DNA of 64,000 bases from Hemiscyllium ocellatum (lineage: Eukaryota), in contig NC_083409.1 in the NCBI RefSeq assembly GCF_020745735.1, positions 17,504,341-17,568,340 on the forward strand, read 5' to 3'. The translations under genes and the position numbers were made by a program. The number at the start of each line of letters is the position of its first letter. Position 1 is the stretch's first letter. Below, one piece after another: positions 37,400 to 49,089 of this stretch. Under the pieces are notes generated by a model. It worked only from the letters and a program-made list of their open reading frames with translations, was not told the origin of the DNA and ran no database searches.

Positions 37400-40330
37400 G
37401 TGCAGGGAAAACGAACAATAGAACAAACTTAAAGGGTTTGTATCTAAATGCACGAATCATTCTGAGTAAGGCAGACAAAGTGATGCCATAAATCGAGGTA
37501 AATTGAGTTTCCAAGGAATTTAAACTAGTTAAAGTGGAGGAGGGCTCAGGAAAGGCTATTCGGTTTCTAGAAGGCATACGAGGACAGAGAGTACAAAAAG
37601 GATCAAGAGTCGAGCATCAAGCACAGCAGATAAGAGGATAATGATGAGAAAGAAGGCAGTCAATGCAGGACTGAAGCTGTTGGACTTAAAAGCACACAGT
37701 ATAAGCAATGAACTGGTAGTGCAGATTGAAACTGGCAGGTATGATGTTGTGGGTATCACAGAGACATGGCTGCAAGGGGATCCGGGCTGGGAACTAAATA
37801 TCCAAGGATACATGTCCTATCAAAAGAACAGGCAGATGGACAGAGGGGGAAGAGTTGCCTTGTTAGTACGAAATTAAATGAAATCAAAGCAAGAAGTGAT
37901 ATAGAGTCAAAAGGTGTAGAATGTGTGTGGGTAGAGTTGAGGAACCGCAAGAAACAAAGAATCTGATGCAAGTTATGTCCAGATCTCCAAGCAGTAATCA
38001 GGGTGTGGGGAAGGAAATCAGTCAGGAGACAGACAAGCCGTATACAAAATGTCAGGGCAGACCTCAATGGATAGGTGGACTGGGTAGCGCGTCTCAAGAA
38101 AAGGATTTCATGGATGTCTACAAGATGGTTTTTGGAGCAGCTTGTGGTTGAGCCATTATGGAACAGGCAGTTCTGGATTCAGTGATGTGGAATGAGGCCA
38201 ACTTGATTAATGAGCTGAAGGTTAAAGTATCCTTCTGGATAAATGACCATAATATGATAGAATTCCCCCTGTAGTTTGAGAGGGAAAAGCTGCAATCAGA
38301 TGGATCAGTATTTCAGTTGAGTAAAGGTAAGTACAAAGACATGAGGAAGCAGCTGGCCAGAGTTGATTGGAAGGGGAGCCGAGCAGGTAAAATAGTGGGG
38401 CAGCAAACAGCAGAGTTTCTGGGGGTAATTCAGGAAGCAGAGTCAGAATTCATCCCAAAAAAGAAGAAACATACTAAGGGGAGGACAAGGCAACTATGGC
38501 TGGTGAGGGAAGTCACGGACAGCATAAAAGCAAAAGAAAAAAATGCACAATGTGGTAGAGAAAAGTGGGAAGCCAGAGGGTTAGGAAGCCTTTAAAAACC
38601 TGGAGAGGATAAATAAAAAAGCATTAAAGGTGGAGAAGGGGAAATGTGGGGGTAAGTTAGCCGGTAATACAAAAGAAGATTGCACGAGTTTTATCAGATG
38701 TATAAAATGGAAGAGGAAGGCAAAAATAGACATTGGAAAATGAGGCTGGAGAAAGTATTCTAGGAAGTGAAGAAATAGCAGAGGAATTGAATCGAAGCTG
38801 AAAGGTTGAATGTGGGTAACTCACCCAGACTAGATGAACGACATGAGTGTGTTCTGAAGGAGATCACTGAGTAAATTATGGAGGTATTGGAGATGATCTT
38901 TCAGGAATCGATGGAGTCAGGGTATGACAGTGTGGTGGACAGGGATCTGATGGGGGCAAGGGACTGGAAAGTGGCTCACATAACAGCCCTGTTTAAGAAG
39001 GGAGGGAGGAGGGAGAAGATGGGAAATTATAGGCCAGTTAGCCTAGACTCAGTTGTTGGTAAGGTTTTAGACTTCAATTTAAGGATGAAATTGCAGAGGA
39101 TTTGGAGGTGCAATTGTAAACTAGGGCTGAGTCAACACGGCTTCATCAAGGGGAGGTCATGCCTGGCAAATCTGTTAGAATTCTTTGAGGAGGCAATCAG
39201 CCAGTCAGACAAAGGAGAGTCAAAGGAAGTAATGTATTTGGATTTCTAGAAGGCCTTTGACATTAGATAAGAGCATGCAGTGTGAGGGCCGAGGCACTGG
39301 CATGGACTAAGGACTGGCAGGTTGGCATAAAGCAGAGAGTGAGGAAAAATGGCCGTTGGTGACTGGTAGAGTCATGTAGGGGTCAATGTTGGGACCATAA
39401 CTATTCACGTTATACATTAACAATCTGGATGGAGGAAGTGAAGACATTGTTGCTAAGTTTGCAGATGACATGAGATAGGTGGAGGGACAGGTAGTGTTGA
39501 GGAAGTGGGAAGAATGTAAAAGCTCCTGGATAGGCTGGGAGAGTGGACAAAGAAGTGGCAGATAGAATACAATGTGTTACAGTGTGAAGGTGTGCACTTT
39601 GGGAGGAAGAAGAGATGCAAAGACTATTTTCTAAATAAGAAAATCTTTTGGAAATCTAAAGCACGAACCTCATTCAGGTTTCCCTTCAGGTTAACAGGCA
39701 GGTCCAGTTTGTGCTTGGGAAGGCAAATGAAATGATAGCATTCATTTCAGTAGGGCCAGAATACAAGAGCAGAGATGTACTGCTGAGGCTGTGTAAGGCT
39801 CTGGTCAGACTGCATTTGGAATATTGTGAGCAGATTTCGGACCCATATTCTAAGAAACAATGTGCTGGCATTGGAGGGGTTTACAACAATGATCTTGGTG
39901 ATGAAGGACTTATCGTATCAGATGTGCTTGAGGACTCTGGGTCTGTACTCAATGGACTTTAGAAAGATGAGGAGGGATCTTTTTGAAATTTACTGAATAC
40001 TGATCAACCTGGATAGAGTGGATGTGAAAAAGATGTTTCCAAAAACAGGAGAGAGTCGGTAACCAAGGCACACCCTCAGTATGAAGGGCTGGCCCTTTCG
40101 AGCTGAGATGAGGAGGAATTTCTTCAGCCAGAGGGTGGTGAATCTGTGGAATGTATTGCTAACAGAGGGCAGTGGAGGCCAAGTCACTGAGTGTATTTAA
40201 GACAGAGGTAGATAGTTTGTGATAGTTAAGGGGATCGAACGTTCCTGTGGATCAAGCAGAGAATGGGGGTGAGAAGCATATCTGCCAAGATCAACTGGCA
40301 GAGCAGATTCAACGGGCTGAATGGCTGATT
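37400..40330 (+). mobile_element. Long decayed CR1 ORF2 in the J-C intron
   Basis: YDVVGITETWLQGD, NYRPVSLDSVVGKVL, QHGFIKGRSCLANLLEFFEE, AKFADD, LHLEYCEQ. Confidence 0.9.
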
Positions 40331-40519
40331 TCTGCTCCTATTTCTTAAAGTCTTCTGGAGAGTTTCCCCAAAACCCTGGAACACTTAACCCACTGGACTG
40401 TGAGCCCTGCTGGAGCTGTTTGTCATCAGAACTTTGCCAAGAGACAACCAAAGGGTGAAGAGAGTGTGCATTTAGGTGGGAACTTCAGAATGCTTCCTAG
40501 CTCCTGGAATACCATGAGA

Positions 40520-42720
40520 ACAGAAAGTGTGGTCAGTGACAGCAGTTGGAACTCCGGGTTTCGGAGCTTGAGCAGCAGCTGGTGTCAGTTCGGAGCGTCC
40601 GTGAGGCTGAGAGCTCCATGGAGAGCACGTTTCTAGATGTGGTCACTCTTCAGCTTCAGCGAATGCAGGGTGAGAGGGAATGGGGGAGCAGCAGACAGTC
40701 TAAAAGGACCAGGCAGCTAGTAGAGGAATCCCCTGAGTGCATCGCACTCTCCAACCAGGATTCAGTTCAGAATCCTGATGAGAATGATGGTTCATCTGGG
40801 GAGTGCAGCCAGAGCCAAGCCCATGGCACCACGGGGGGCTCAGCTGTACAGGGGGTACAAGGAAGAGGGAGAGCGAGAGGAGATTCGAGAGTGAGGGCAA
40901 TCGATAGGTGTTTCTGCAGTTGCAGATGGGAATCCAGGATGGTGTGTTGTCTCCCTGGTGCCAGGGTCAAGGATGTCTCTGAGCGGCTGCAGAGCACCCT
41001 GAGGGGAGAGGGGGAACAGGCAGCAGTTGTGGTCCACATCGGTCCCAGCGACAGTGGGAGAAAAGGGATGTGGTCCTGCAGTCAGAATTTAGGGGGCTCT
41101 GGAGGGAATTAGCACTGGGATCTCAAAAGTTAGAATCTCCGGATTTCTCCCAGTGCCCCACCCAAGTGAGAATAGGAACAGGAGGATAACACAGGTGAAT
41201 GTGAAGCTGGAAAGACGATCCAAGTTGGAGGACTTTAGATTCTTGGGACCTTGAGACTGGGTCTGGGGGAGATGGGACCTGGACAGACCAGACAGCGTTG
41301 TTCCTGAACCGAGCTGGGACTGAGTTCCTTTGGGGTGATTTATTAGTGCAGTTGGTGAGGGTTTAAACTAACTTGGCAGGGCTGTGGGAGCCAGGAGGGA
41401 ATAACAGAGAGGAACACCAAGGACCACAGAATCCTCAGAACAGTCAACAAATCACCACCCAATGGGAAAGATGCAGAGGAATACAAATGCAAGGAATTTA
41501 CAGATATCTGCAAACATGATAGAGTCATTATAAATGGTTCTTTAATTTTTGAATATAGACTGGGGTAGTAGCAGTGTAACAGGCAGGGAGGGGCCAGAGT
41601 TGTGAGAGTCTGTTCAGGTGAATTTTCAGGTGGCATCGTGGCCAGTGAAGAAGGCTGTCTAAGAGTACAATGGGATCTTGACCAACTGGGCCAGTGGGCT
41701 GAGGAATGGCAGATGGAGTTTAATTCAGATAAATGTGAGTTCTGTACTTTTCAAAGCCAAACCAAGGCAGGACTTTTATGGTTAATGGTAGGGCCCTGCG
41801 GAGTGTTGCTGAACAAAGAGACTGAGTGGTGAAGGTGCAGGTGCAGGTGCATTATTCCTTGACAGTGGAGTCACAGGTAGACAGGGAGATGAAGAAGGTG
41901 TTGGGTATGCTTACTTTTATTGGTCACTGCATTGAGTAAAGGAGTTGGGACATGATGTTGCAGTGGTACAGCAGTTGGTGACGCCACTTTGGGAATAATG
42001 TGAACAATTCTGATCATCCTGAGATAGGAAGGATGTTGTTAAACTTAAAAGGCAGCGGAAAAGATTTACAAGGATGTGGCCAGGAATTGGAGAGTTTCCG
42101 CTGTCGGGAGAGGCTGAAGAAATGGGCCTATTTTCCCTGCAGCATCTAAGGCCTCGAGGTGACCTTATGGATGTGCAGAAAATCATGAAGGGCATGGACA
42201 AGGTGTATATCCAAGGTCTTTTCCTTGGGAACGGGAGTCCAAAACAAGAGGGCATAGGTTTAAGGTGAGAGGCAAAAGATTCAAAAGGGACCTGAGTGGT
42301 AACCTGTCACGCAGTGGGTGGTGTGTGTCTGGATCGAGCTGCTAGAGAAAGCGTTGGAGGCGGATAAAATTACAACATTTAAAAAACGTTGGGATGGGAA
42401 CATGGATAGGAAGGGTTTAGAGGGATGTAAGCCAAATGCTGGCAAATGGGATGAGGTCATTTAGGATATCTGGTTAACACAGGCAAGTTGGACTGAAATG
42501 TCTGTTTCCACACTGTATGACTCCATGACTATGAGGGACTGGAAAAGCTGAGACTTTTTTCCCTCTAGTGTAAGAGTCTGAGGAGTGACCTTATAGAGGT
42601 TTATAAAATCATGAGGGACATAGATAATGTAAATCATTCAGGAAGCAGGTGAAATTTTGTAGAAATGGCAAAAATATTCCCAAAGATCATTCCAGGGATG
42701 AGGAACATCAGTTATTAAGA
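40520..42720 (+). mobile_element. CR1 with ORF1 (esterase-like) joined to the RT 3' end, plus adjacent scraps
   Basis: ELRVSELEQQL..VCCLPGARVKDVSERLQSTLRGEGEQAAVVVHIG, then QMEFNSDKCE; the middle of ORF2 is missing. Confidence 0.8.
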
Positions 42721-43193
42721 TAGTTTGGACAATTTGGGACTGACTTCTTTGGAGAAGGCTGAGAGGAGATTTGTTGGAGGAATTAAAATCAGGAGGGGCC
42801 TGGATACAGTAAATAGGGAGAAAATGTTCCCAAGAGAAAGGATTGAGACCGAAAGACCACAGATTGAAGGCAATTGGGAAAAGTCACAAAAGTGAGATGG
42901 GGAACAACATTTTGGCCAGTGAGTGGTTAAGGTGTGGAATGCACTGCCTGAGAGTGTGGTGGAGGCAGCTTCAATTAAAACATTCCAAAGGGAATGAGAC
43001 TGTTATTTGAAAAGGAACAATGTGCAGGGTGACAGGGAGAAGGCAGGAGAATGACACTCAGTGAATTGCTCATTCGGAGAGCCAGTCCAGATAGGATGGG
43101 CAGAATGGCCTCCTTGTGCACTGTAACAATTCTGTGATTATGTGATTGAGCAGAGTTAAAGCTGGGGGAGGTGGGAGCTCGGTGTCTCACTGT

Positions 43194-43214
43194 GCTGCTG
43201 CTGCTGCTGCTGCT
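43194..43214. repeat. (GCT)7 microsatellite in the J-C intron
   Basis: Direct read. Confidence 0.95.
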
Positions 43215-43574
43215 GAGGTCAGTGAGATCAGAGACTGGGACAGGGAACCAGAACTCACATAAACTCTGCCCGTGTCCGTCACACTGAGACTGGCAGGAGG
43301 CTACTCATTGAATTCACTCCATGTTGCAGGAATGGGACCACAGGCTGCAAATGGACAGAGCTCCTCCACACGATGAGTAAAACCTACTGACTTATATCTT
43401 GCTGTTTAATGGGGTTATAGGACTAACGAAATACAGATGTACACCGTATGGGACGCGGTGTTCCTCAATCAAACATTTCCTTCACTGCAACACTTCAACA
43501 ATTCAGTATTTGTGTTTTATAAATTGTGTTTAGAGATTGAAAGGGTTAATAACAGAGGATTGAGGTTTACTTCC

Positions 43575-43893
43575 TCAGTCTGAGCTTGGTTCCTTTACCG
43601 AAAGTAAGGCCAGCTGTAATGCTGCTGACAGTAACAGTCAGCGACATCCTCATTATGAACGTTGCTGATTGTCAGGGTGAAACTGGTCCCTGATCCACTG
43701 CCGGTGAATCACTCGGAGATTCCTGTGAGTTGAGTTGCTGCAGCATAGATCAGGAGAGAGGGTTTCTGACCTTCTCGCTAGTGGTACCAAGCAAGGTAGC
43801 TGCTAATGGCCCTACAGGTGATGGTTGCAGTCTGGCCCAGTCCCACTGACAGCACCGGGGGAGACTAGGTCATGATGATGTCCTCACCGATAC
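43575..43893 (-). pseudogene. IGKV: Fused V-kappa/J-kappa exon (pseudogene)
   Basis: Acceptor tctctctgatccctcag| precedes (G)[92 protein letters not shown], then one extra T, then [11 protein letters not shown]. Canonical Cys at 43814-43816 and 43628-43630, Trp and FGXG are present. Stops at 43865-43867, 43778-43780 and 43709-43711. Confidence 0.95.
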
Positions 43894-44079
43894 CTGAGGG
43901 ATCAGAGAGAAACACAGTGAAGTCAGAACTTTCACAGAAAGAGCCTGTCAAATGAGAGATTGTTGGAGACACTGAGCATTCCTCTGGTTTCAGCATTTTC
44001 CCTTCAATCACAAGTCAGTGGAACTGGAGTGAAATGGAGAGCAACTAAAGATTCAAGGTGGAAGGAGAGAGATTTGTAC

Positions 44080-44128
44080 CTGCGACACAGAATGCCAGGG
44101 GCCAGATCAGCTGGATGTGTGAAATCAT
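44080..44128 (-). pseudogene. IGKV: Ig kappa leader exon, MISHIQLIWPLAFCVA(G)
   Basis: cacaccATG at 44126-44128; 49 nt ending GCA G|gtacaa (donor 44079-44078). Hydrophobic signal peptide resembling the nurse-shark NS4 leader as recalled. Confidence 0.92.
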
Positions 44129-44188
44129 GGTGTGTGCTCCTGTCCCTGTGCCTGGTTCCTGATAAACTCTCCCTTCACTGGGCTCTGC

Positions 44189-44194
44189 TTTATA
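44189..44194 (-). promoter_or_regulatory. TATA box of the V-kappa promoter
   Basis: TATAAA on the minus strand about 60 nt upstream of the leader ATG. Confidence 0.6.
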
Positions 44195-44234
44195 AAGCTG
44201 CAGCCTGTGAGAGTCTGACTGGGTGTTCCTCAGT

Positions 44235-44242
44235 GTGTAAAT
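44235..44242 (-). promoter_or_regulatory. Degenerate octamer (ATTTACAC vs ATTTGCAT)
   Basis: 6/8 match located about 40 nt upstream of the TATA box, the position expected in Ig light-chain promoters. Confidence 0.3.
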
Positions 44243-44279
44243 GGCATCAGGCAGAGAGAGCCACGTCAGCCCCTCACAC

Positions 44280-44280
<1 letters not shown>

Positions 44281-44339
<59 letters not shown>

Positions 44340-44343
44340 TCTC
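44281..44343. repeat. (CT)n microsatellite just upstream of the V-kappa promoter
   Basis: About 30 CT units with two interruptions. Confidence 0.97.
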
Positions 44344-45269
44344 AGAGAATCATTGATGTGGACAGCACTGAATGAGGCCATTTGGCCCATTGTGTCTGTG
44401 CTGGTAAACAAAGATCTGATGATCCTCCAGCTCTTGGCCCATTACCCTGGGGGCTACAGCAACACAAGGGAATATCTAAACACTGCTCCAATGTCCTGAG
44501 AGTTTGTGACTCAACCAGCCTTTCAGGCAGTGAGTTCCAGACTCCCACCACCCTCTGGATGAAAACATTTCTCCCTAACTCTTCTCTCACTCTCCAACTC
44601 GATTGGGCCTGGACTCAGAAGGATAAGAGGGGATCTGATTGAAATGTATCATATTCTAACAGGGCTGGGCAGGGAGGAGGTTTCCCCTGGTTGGGGAGTC
44701 TGGAACCGGGAGATAGTCTCAGGGGGATATTGGGTAGACCATTTCAGACTGAGATGAGGAAACATTTCTTCACTCAGAGGATGGTTAATCTGTGGAATTA
44801 TCTTCCACTGAAGGCTATGGAGGACAAGGAACTGAATATATTCAAGAGAAAGAGAGAGATATTTGTTTTGCATTTTAACAGCATGAAGGGAATGGGGGGA
44901 AAGTAGGAAGATGACTTCAAGAGAGAGGATCAGCCATGATCATACTGAATGACAGAACAGTCTCAAAGGGCCGAATGGCCTACTCCTGCAGCACTTTCTT
45001 TGTGTCCATGTCTATTTTTCCTTCAATCTCTGTCCCTGGTTATTGAGTCCTTGACTCTTGTAAAAAGTGCCTTCCTACTCCCCCTATCACTGCCCTGAAT
45101 AATCTTATCCCCCTCTATCAGGTCCCCTCTCAGCCTTCACTGCTGCATGGAAAACAACCCCAACCTTTCCAATCTTTCTCCACAGCTGACCCTCCATCCC
45201 AGGCAGCATCCTGGTAAATCTCTGCACCCTCTCAAGTACAATCACGTCCTTCCAAGAATGTGGTGACCA

Positions 45270-45815
45270 GGACTTGTCCCTCTGTCTCTGTCTCTCTCTC
45301 TCTTTCTCTCTCACTCTGTCTCAAAGCCACTCTCTCCAACTTACACTTCCTCACTCCGTCTCATAATCTCTATTTCTGCATCTTTCTCTTTCACCATCAC
45401 TCGCTCCATTGCTCGCTTCAATTGAAAACCTCCAAATGTTAATTGCCCCTCTCTATTCTTCTCTCTGTCTCTCCCTCCCTCTCTGCACTCCAATCTACAG
45501 TCTCTCTCCCTCCTTCTCTGTCATTCTGTCTCTTACCATACTCATGTCTCTCTCTCTCTCTCACACTCAACCCTACCCATTCTCTATTGATTCTCTTCAC
45601 TCTTGGTATCACTCTTTTCTCTATCCATCCTGATCAGTCACATCTTGTTTCTCTCTCTCTCTATCCCTCAATCACACCACGTCTACCTCCCTCTACCTCT
45701 CTCTTGGCCCCTTCACATATCACACACTGTCTCAGATGCCCCTCCCTCAATCACTCGATCACACACACAATTTGCCTCTACCTCTCTCTTTGTCTTGCTT
45801 CTCTGTCTTTCTCAC
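45270..45815. repeat. CT-rich low-complexity tract
   Basis: Degenerate (CT)n/(CA)n pyrimidine-rich sequence. Confidence 0.85.
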
Positions 45816-46295
45816 AGTGTCCCAGGTGGTGAAAGTTGAATTCAGGATAAATCTCCCTCTGCTCTGCCCCACTAATGGATGTTAACCCTTGACCCAAAAG
45901 CATGTCTTTTCCTGGAGTAACTCCCCATTTCTCACATTGACCAGGGATTGACCTCATTCAGGACGATGGACAGATTCTTGTCAAATGAAGGGGAGTTCTG
46001 TTCTGTTGGCCCATTCTCACTGGGGACTGGTTTGGACACAAACCTCATTCCATGAAGGCCCAGCAGAGAGAGAGGAGATCCTCAGGCCATCAGTGTGAGC
46101 TGGAGGGACAGGACAATTTCTGACCCAGTGACCCAGCCTGTCCATCCACAACATATTCCAATCCTTTTCCCTTTCCTTCCCCTTCCATGATCAGTCTCTG
46201 AATCAGGCTTTTTGACTGGGATGAGCGCTGGAGCATCACACAGTTACAACAGAAAGGAACTGACTACATACCCACCATGTGTTCATGACGTACTG

Positions 46296-47910
46296 GACTC
46301 TCCAACAGAGTCCACTAAACATGGAATTTAGTACACAAGGCTGATCGATATAGAGACATGGGCCTCCTTCCCACTGAAGTTCCCAGAAGAGACCAGTAAA
46401 CATGAGCTCCTTCCTGCTGGAACCTCCAACAGAGACCAGTAAACATTGGCCTACTTCTGATTTGATCCTCCAAGAGAGATCAGTAAACATGGGCCTCCTA
46501 TTCATTGGACTTACCAATTCAGACAAGTAGATGACTGAGTTTTTGAAGAAGTTATCACAAACTTAGATAAAGGTAGAGCAGTACACTCTGTCTACTTGGA
46601 CTTTAGCAAGGCCTTAGACAAGGTTCCTCACGGTAGATTGCTCAGTAATATTATATCACATAGGATCCAAGAAGAGCGAGCCAATTGGATATAAAATTGG
46701 CCTGATGGTAGGAAGCAGAGGCTGGTGAGAGAGGGTTGTTCTTCAGACTGGAGGCCAGTGACCAGCCGTCTGTCACAAGAATCGATCCTGGATCCACTGT
46801 TGTTCATCATTTATATGAACAATTTGGAGAGAAAATAGCAGGAATGGTCAGGAAGTTTATGGCTGACATTAAAATTGTTGGCATCGTGGACAGGGAAGAA
46901 GGTTATCGAAGAGTGCAATGTCATCTTCATCAACTGGGCCAGTGGGTCAACAAATCCAGATGGAAATTCTGATAAATGGAAGGAGTTACATTTTGGTAAG
47001 GCAAACCAGGGCAGGAATTACACAATTAATGGTACAGCCATGGGGAGTGTTGTTGAACAGAGAGACCGAGGGGTACAGGTACATAGTTCCTGGAAAATGG
47101 TGTCACAGTTAGACAGGGTGGTGAAGAAGGTATTTGGCATGCGCACCTTCACTGGTCAAAGCAGGGAGTACAGGAGCTGGGACATCATGTTACAGCTGTA
47201 TAAGGCATCGGTAAGGCCACATTTGGTCACTGTGTACATTTCTGCTCACCCTGCTATAGGAAGGAAGTCATTACGCTGGTTTGAATAAAAGAAAGATTAA
47301 CAGGGATGTTACCAGGATTGGAGGGTTTGAATTATAAGGCGAAGATGGATATGCCAAGATGTTTTTTCCAGGGAATGCAGGAGATTGAGGGGTGACCTTA
47401 TATAGGTTTATAGAATCATGAGGGTCATAGATAAGGTAAATAGCCAAAGTCTTTTCCCCAGGGTAGGAGAATCCAGTACTAAAAGGAATAGGTTTAAGTT
47501 GAGGGGGGAAAGGATTAAAAGGAAACTGAGAGACAACCTTTTCACACAGAGGTTGGTGTGTATGTGTAATGAGCTGCCAGAGGAAGTGGTAGAGGGGAGT
47601 ACAGTTACTACATTTCAAGGAGATTTTTACAGCAACATGGATAGGAAGGCTTCAGAGTGATTTGGGCCAAACACAGGCAAATAGGATTCGTTCAGTTTTG
47701 GAAACTTGGTCAGCATGGATGAGTTGGGCTGAAGGACCTGATGCCATGCTGTAAACCTCTATGACTCTATGATGATGTATATATGAGCCACCTTCCCATA
47801 GAACCAGTAAACATGGACCTCCGTCCCACTGGAACCTCCAACAGACACCAATAAACATGGACTTCCTTCTCACTGGATGCTTCAGGAGAGACCAGTAAAC
47901 ATGGGCCTCC
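46296..47910. repeat. About 44-bp minisatellite (46296-46510 and 47780-47910) split by a CR1
   Basis: Unit approximately CCAGTAAACATGGGCCTCCTTCCCACTGGAACCTCCAACAGAGA; about 5 copies on the left and about 3 on the right. Confidence 0.85.
46511..47775 (+). mobile_element. CR1 RT/3' fragment inserted in a 44-bp minisatellite
   Basis: YLDFSKALDKVPHGRLL, EQRDRGVQVHSS, tail (ctctatga)n. Confidence 0.88.
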
Positions 47911-49089
47911 TTCCCACTGGACTGTCCAGTACTTGAGCTGCAAACCCAAAATCCACTCCATCATGAAGGTCCCTTATTTCAGTCTCAACAACACTGTCTG
48001 TCTCTGCACGACTTCAGTCCCCTGGCCACAGAAACACTAATTCCTGCTTGTCCTAACTATTGATTCTAATGTCCTCTCCCAGCTTCCTGAAGTCACATTC
48101 CATAAACCCCAACTTGTCTGATATGGAGTGGTCCCTTCCTTGTCTGACATCTGAAGTCGTTCAAGAATGAGCTCACTGCCAACCAATTGCCTCCATGGCC
48201 TCCCTCCTCCCTCAATCTGTGTCCTGCTGCTTCCATTCCATTCCTCCCCTTTCCATCTTCTGTCTCTAGTCTCCTGTCCATTGCTGCTTCCTCCATCCCA
48301 CCATTGACAGCAGAGCCTTCAGGCCCCTACAGCATGCTCTCTGACCTCCTGCCCTTCATCCCTCCTCCTCTCAATTGTTGTGTTACTGAATATATTGTTC
48401 AGTCCCATTGCTTTTGGTTTACTGTTCCCTTGTCATTGATTTGCTGACTTACTCTCGTAAATCTAGTCTGGGCCTGTTCCCTGAGTTGGTTCAAGAGTGT
48501 TTGAGAAAGCATTCTTTTGTAAACTGGGTTGTCTGTTTCTCCTAGTCTTTGTGTAAAGGTGAGACTAAGTGTGTGTAAGTTCTTATACAGCACAGACAGA
48601 GGTCATTGGGCCAATTGTGACAGTTGGACAAATTAGTCCAATTAGTCCCATTTACCCAGCCCTTCCTGTATAACCCTGCAATTGTTTCCTTTACAGCTAT
48701 TTCTCCAAAGGCCCTTTTGAAAGTTGCTGTTGAATCCACTCCCACTCACCTTGCAGACAGACATCATAAACTCGCTGGATAAAAATGTTCCTATCTTCTC
48801 TCTTGTTCTTCAGACCTTTTCTGAAATGTGTGCCCTCTGGTTACTGACCCTCCTGCCTGGAGAAACAATTTATCCAGTATTTACTGCATTCAAACTCTCT
48901 AATTGTGAACCCCTCATTGAGTTAGACCTATTTCCAGCACAGGGGGAGAACTTTCAGCCTGTCAGGGAAATGCTGTCATTTCATGGAGCAATCCCTACTC
49001 GACCCCCAGAGCCTTGCAGGTTTATTTCCATCAAGAGCCCATGAATCTGCCATTGCAATCATTGAGTGTCTTCACCTGCCTCACCTGAA

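Larger units (their letters stand above)
33280..44128 (-). pseudogene. IGK: Immunoglobulin kappa-type (NS4/type III-like) light-chain cluster L-VJ-C with germline-joined, non-productive VJ
   Basis: Leader, fused VJ and C exons read by hand on the minus strand with compatible phase-1 splice sites. L-V intron is 43894-44079 and J-C intron is 33609-43574. Inactivated by three stops in V, a frameshifted junction and GG at the J donor. Confidence 0.93.

Noticed and set aside
43913-43919. Perfect heptamer in the leader-V intron
   Set aside because: No nonamer at 12 or 23 nt (tcacagaaa / gcctgtcaa); it overlaps the acceptor pyrimidine tract.
43960-44499. 179-aa plus-strand ORF
   Set aside because: Antisense shadow over the Ig leader, promoter and (CT)n (SLSLSL); not a credible protein.
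46296-46510. Repeat-spacer-like array (CRISPR?)
   Set aside because: Vertebrate DNA; the units are whole degenerate tandem repeats without unique spacers or cas genes.
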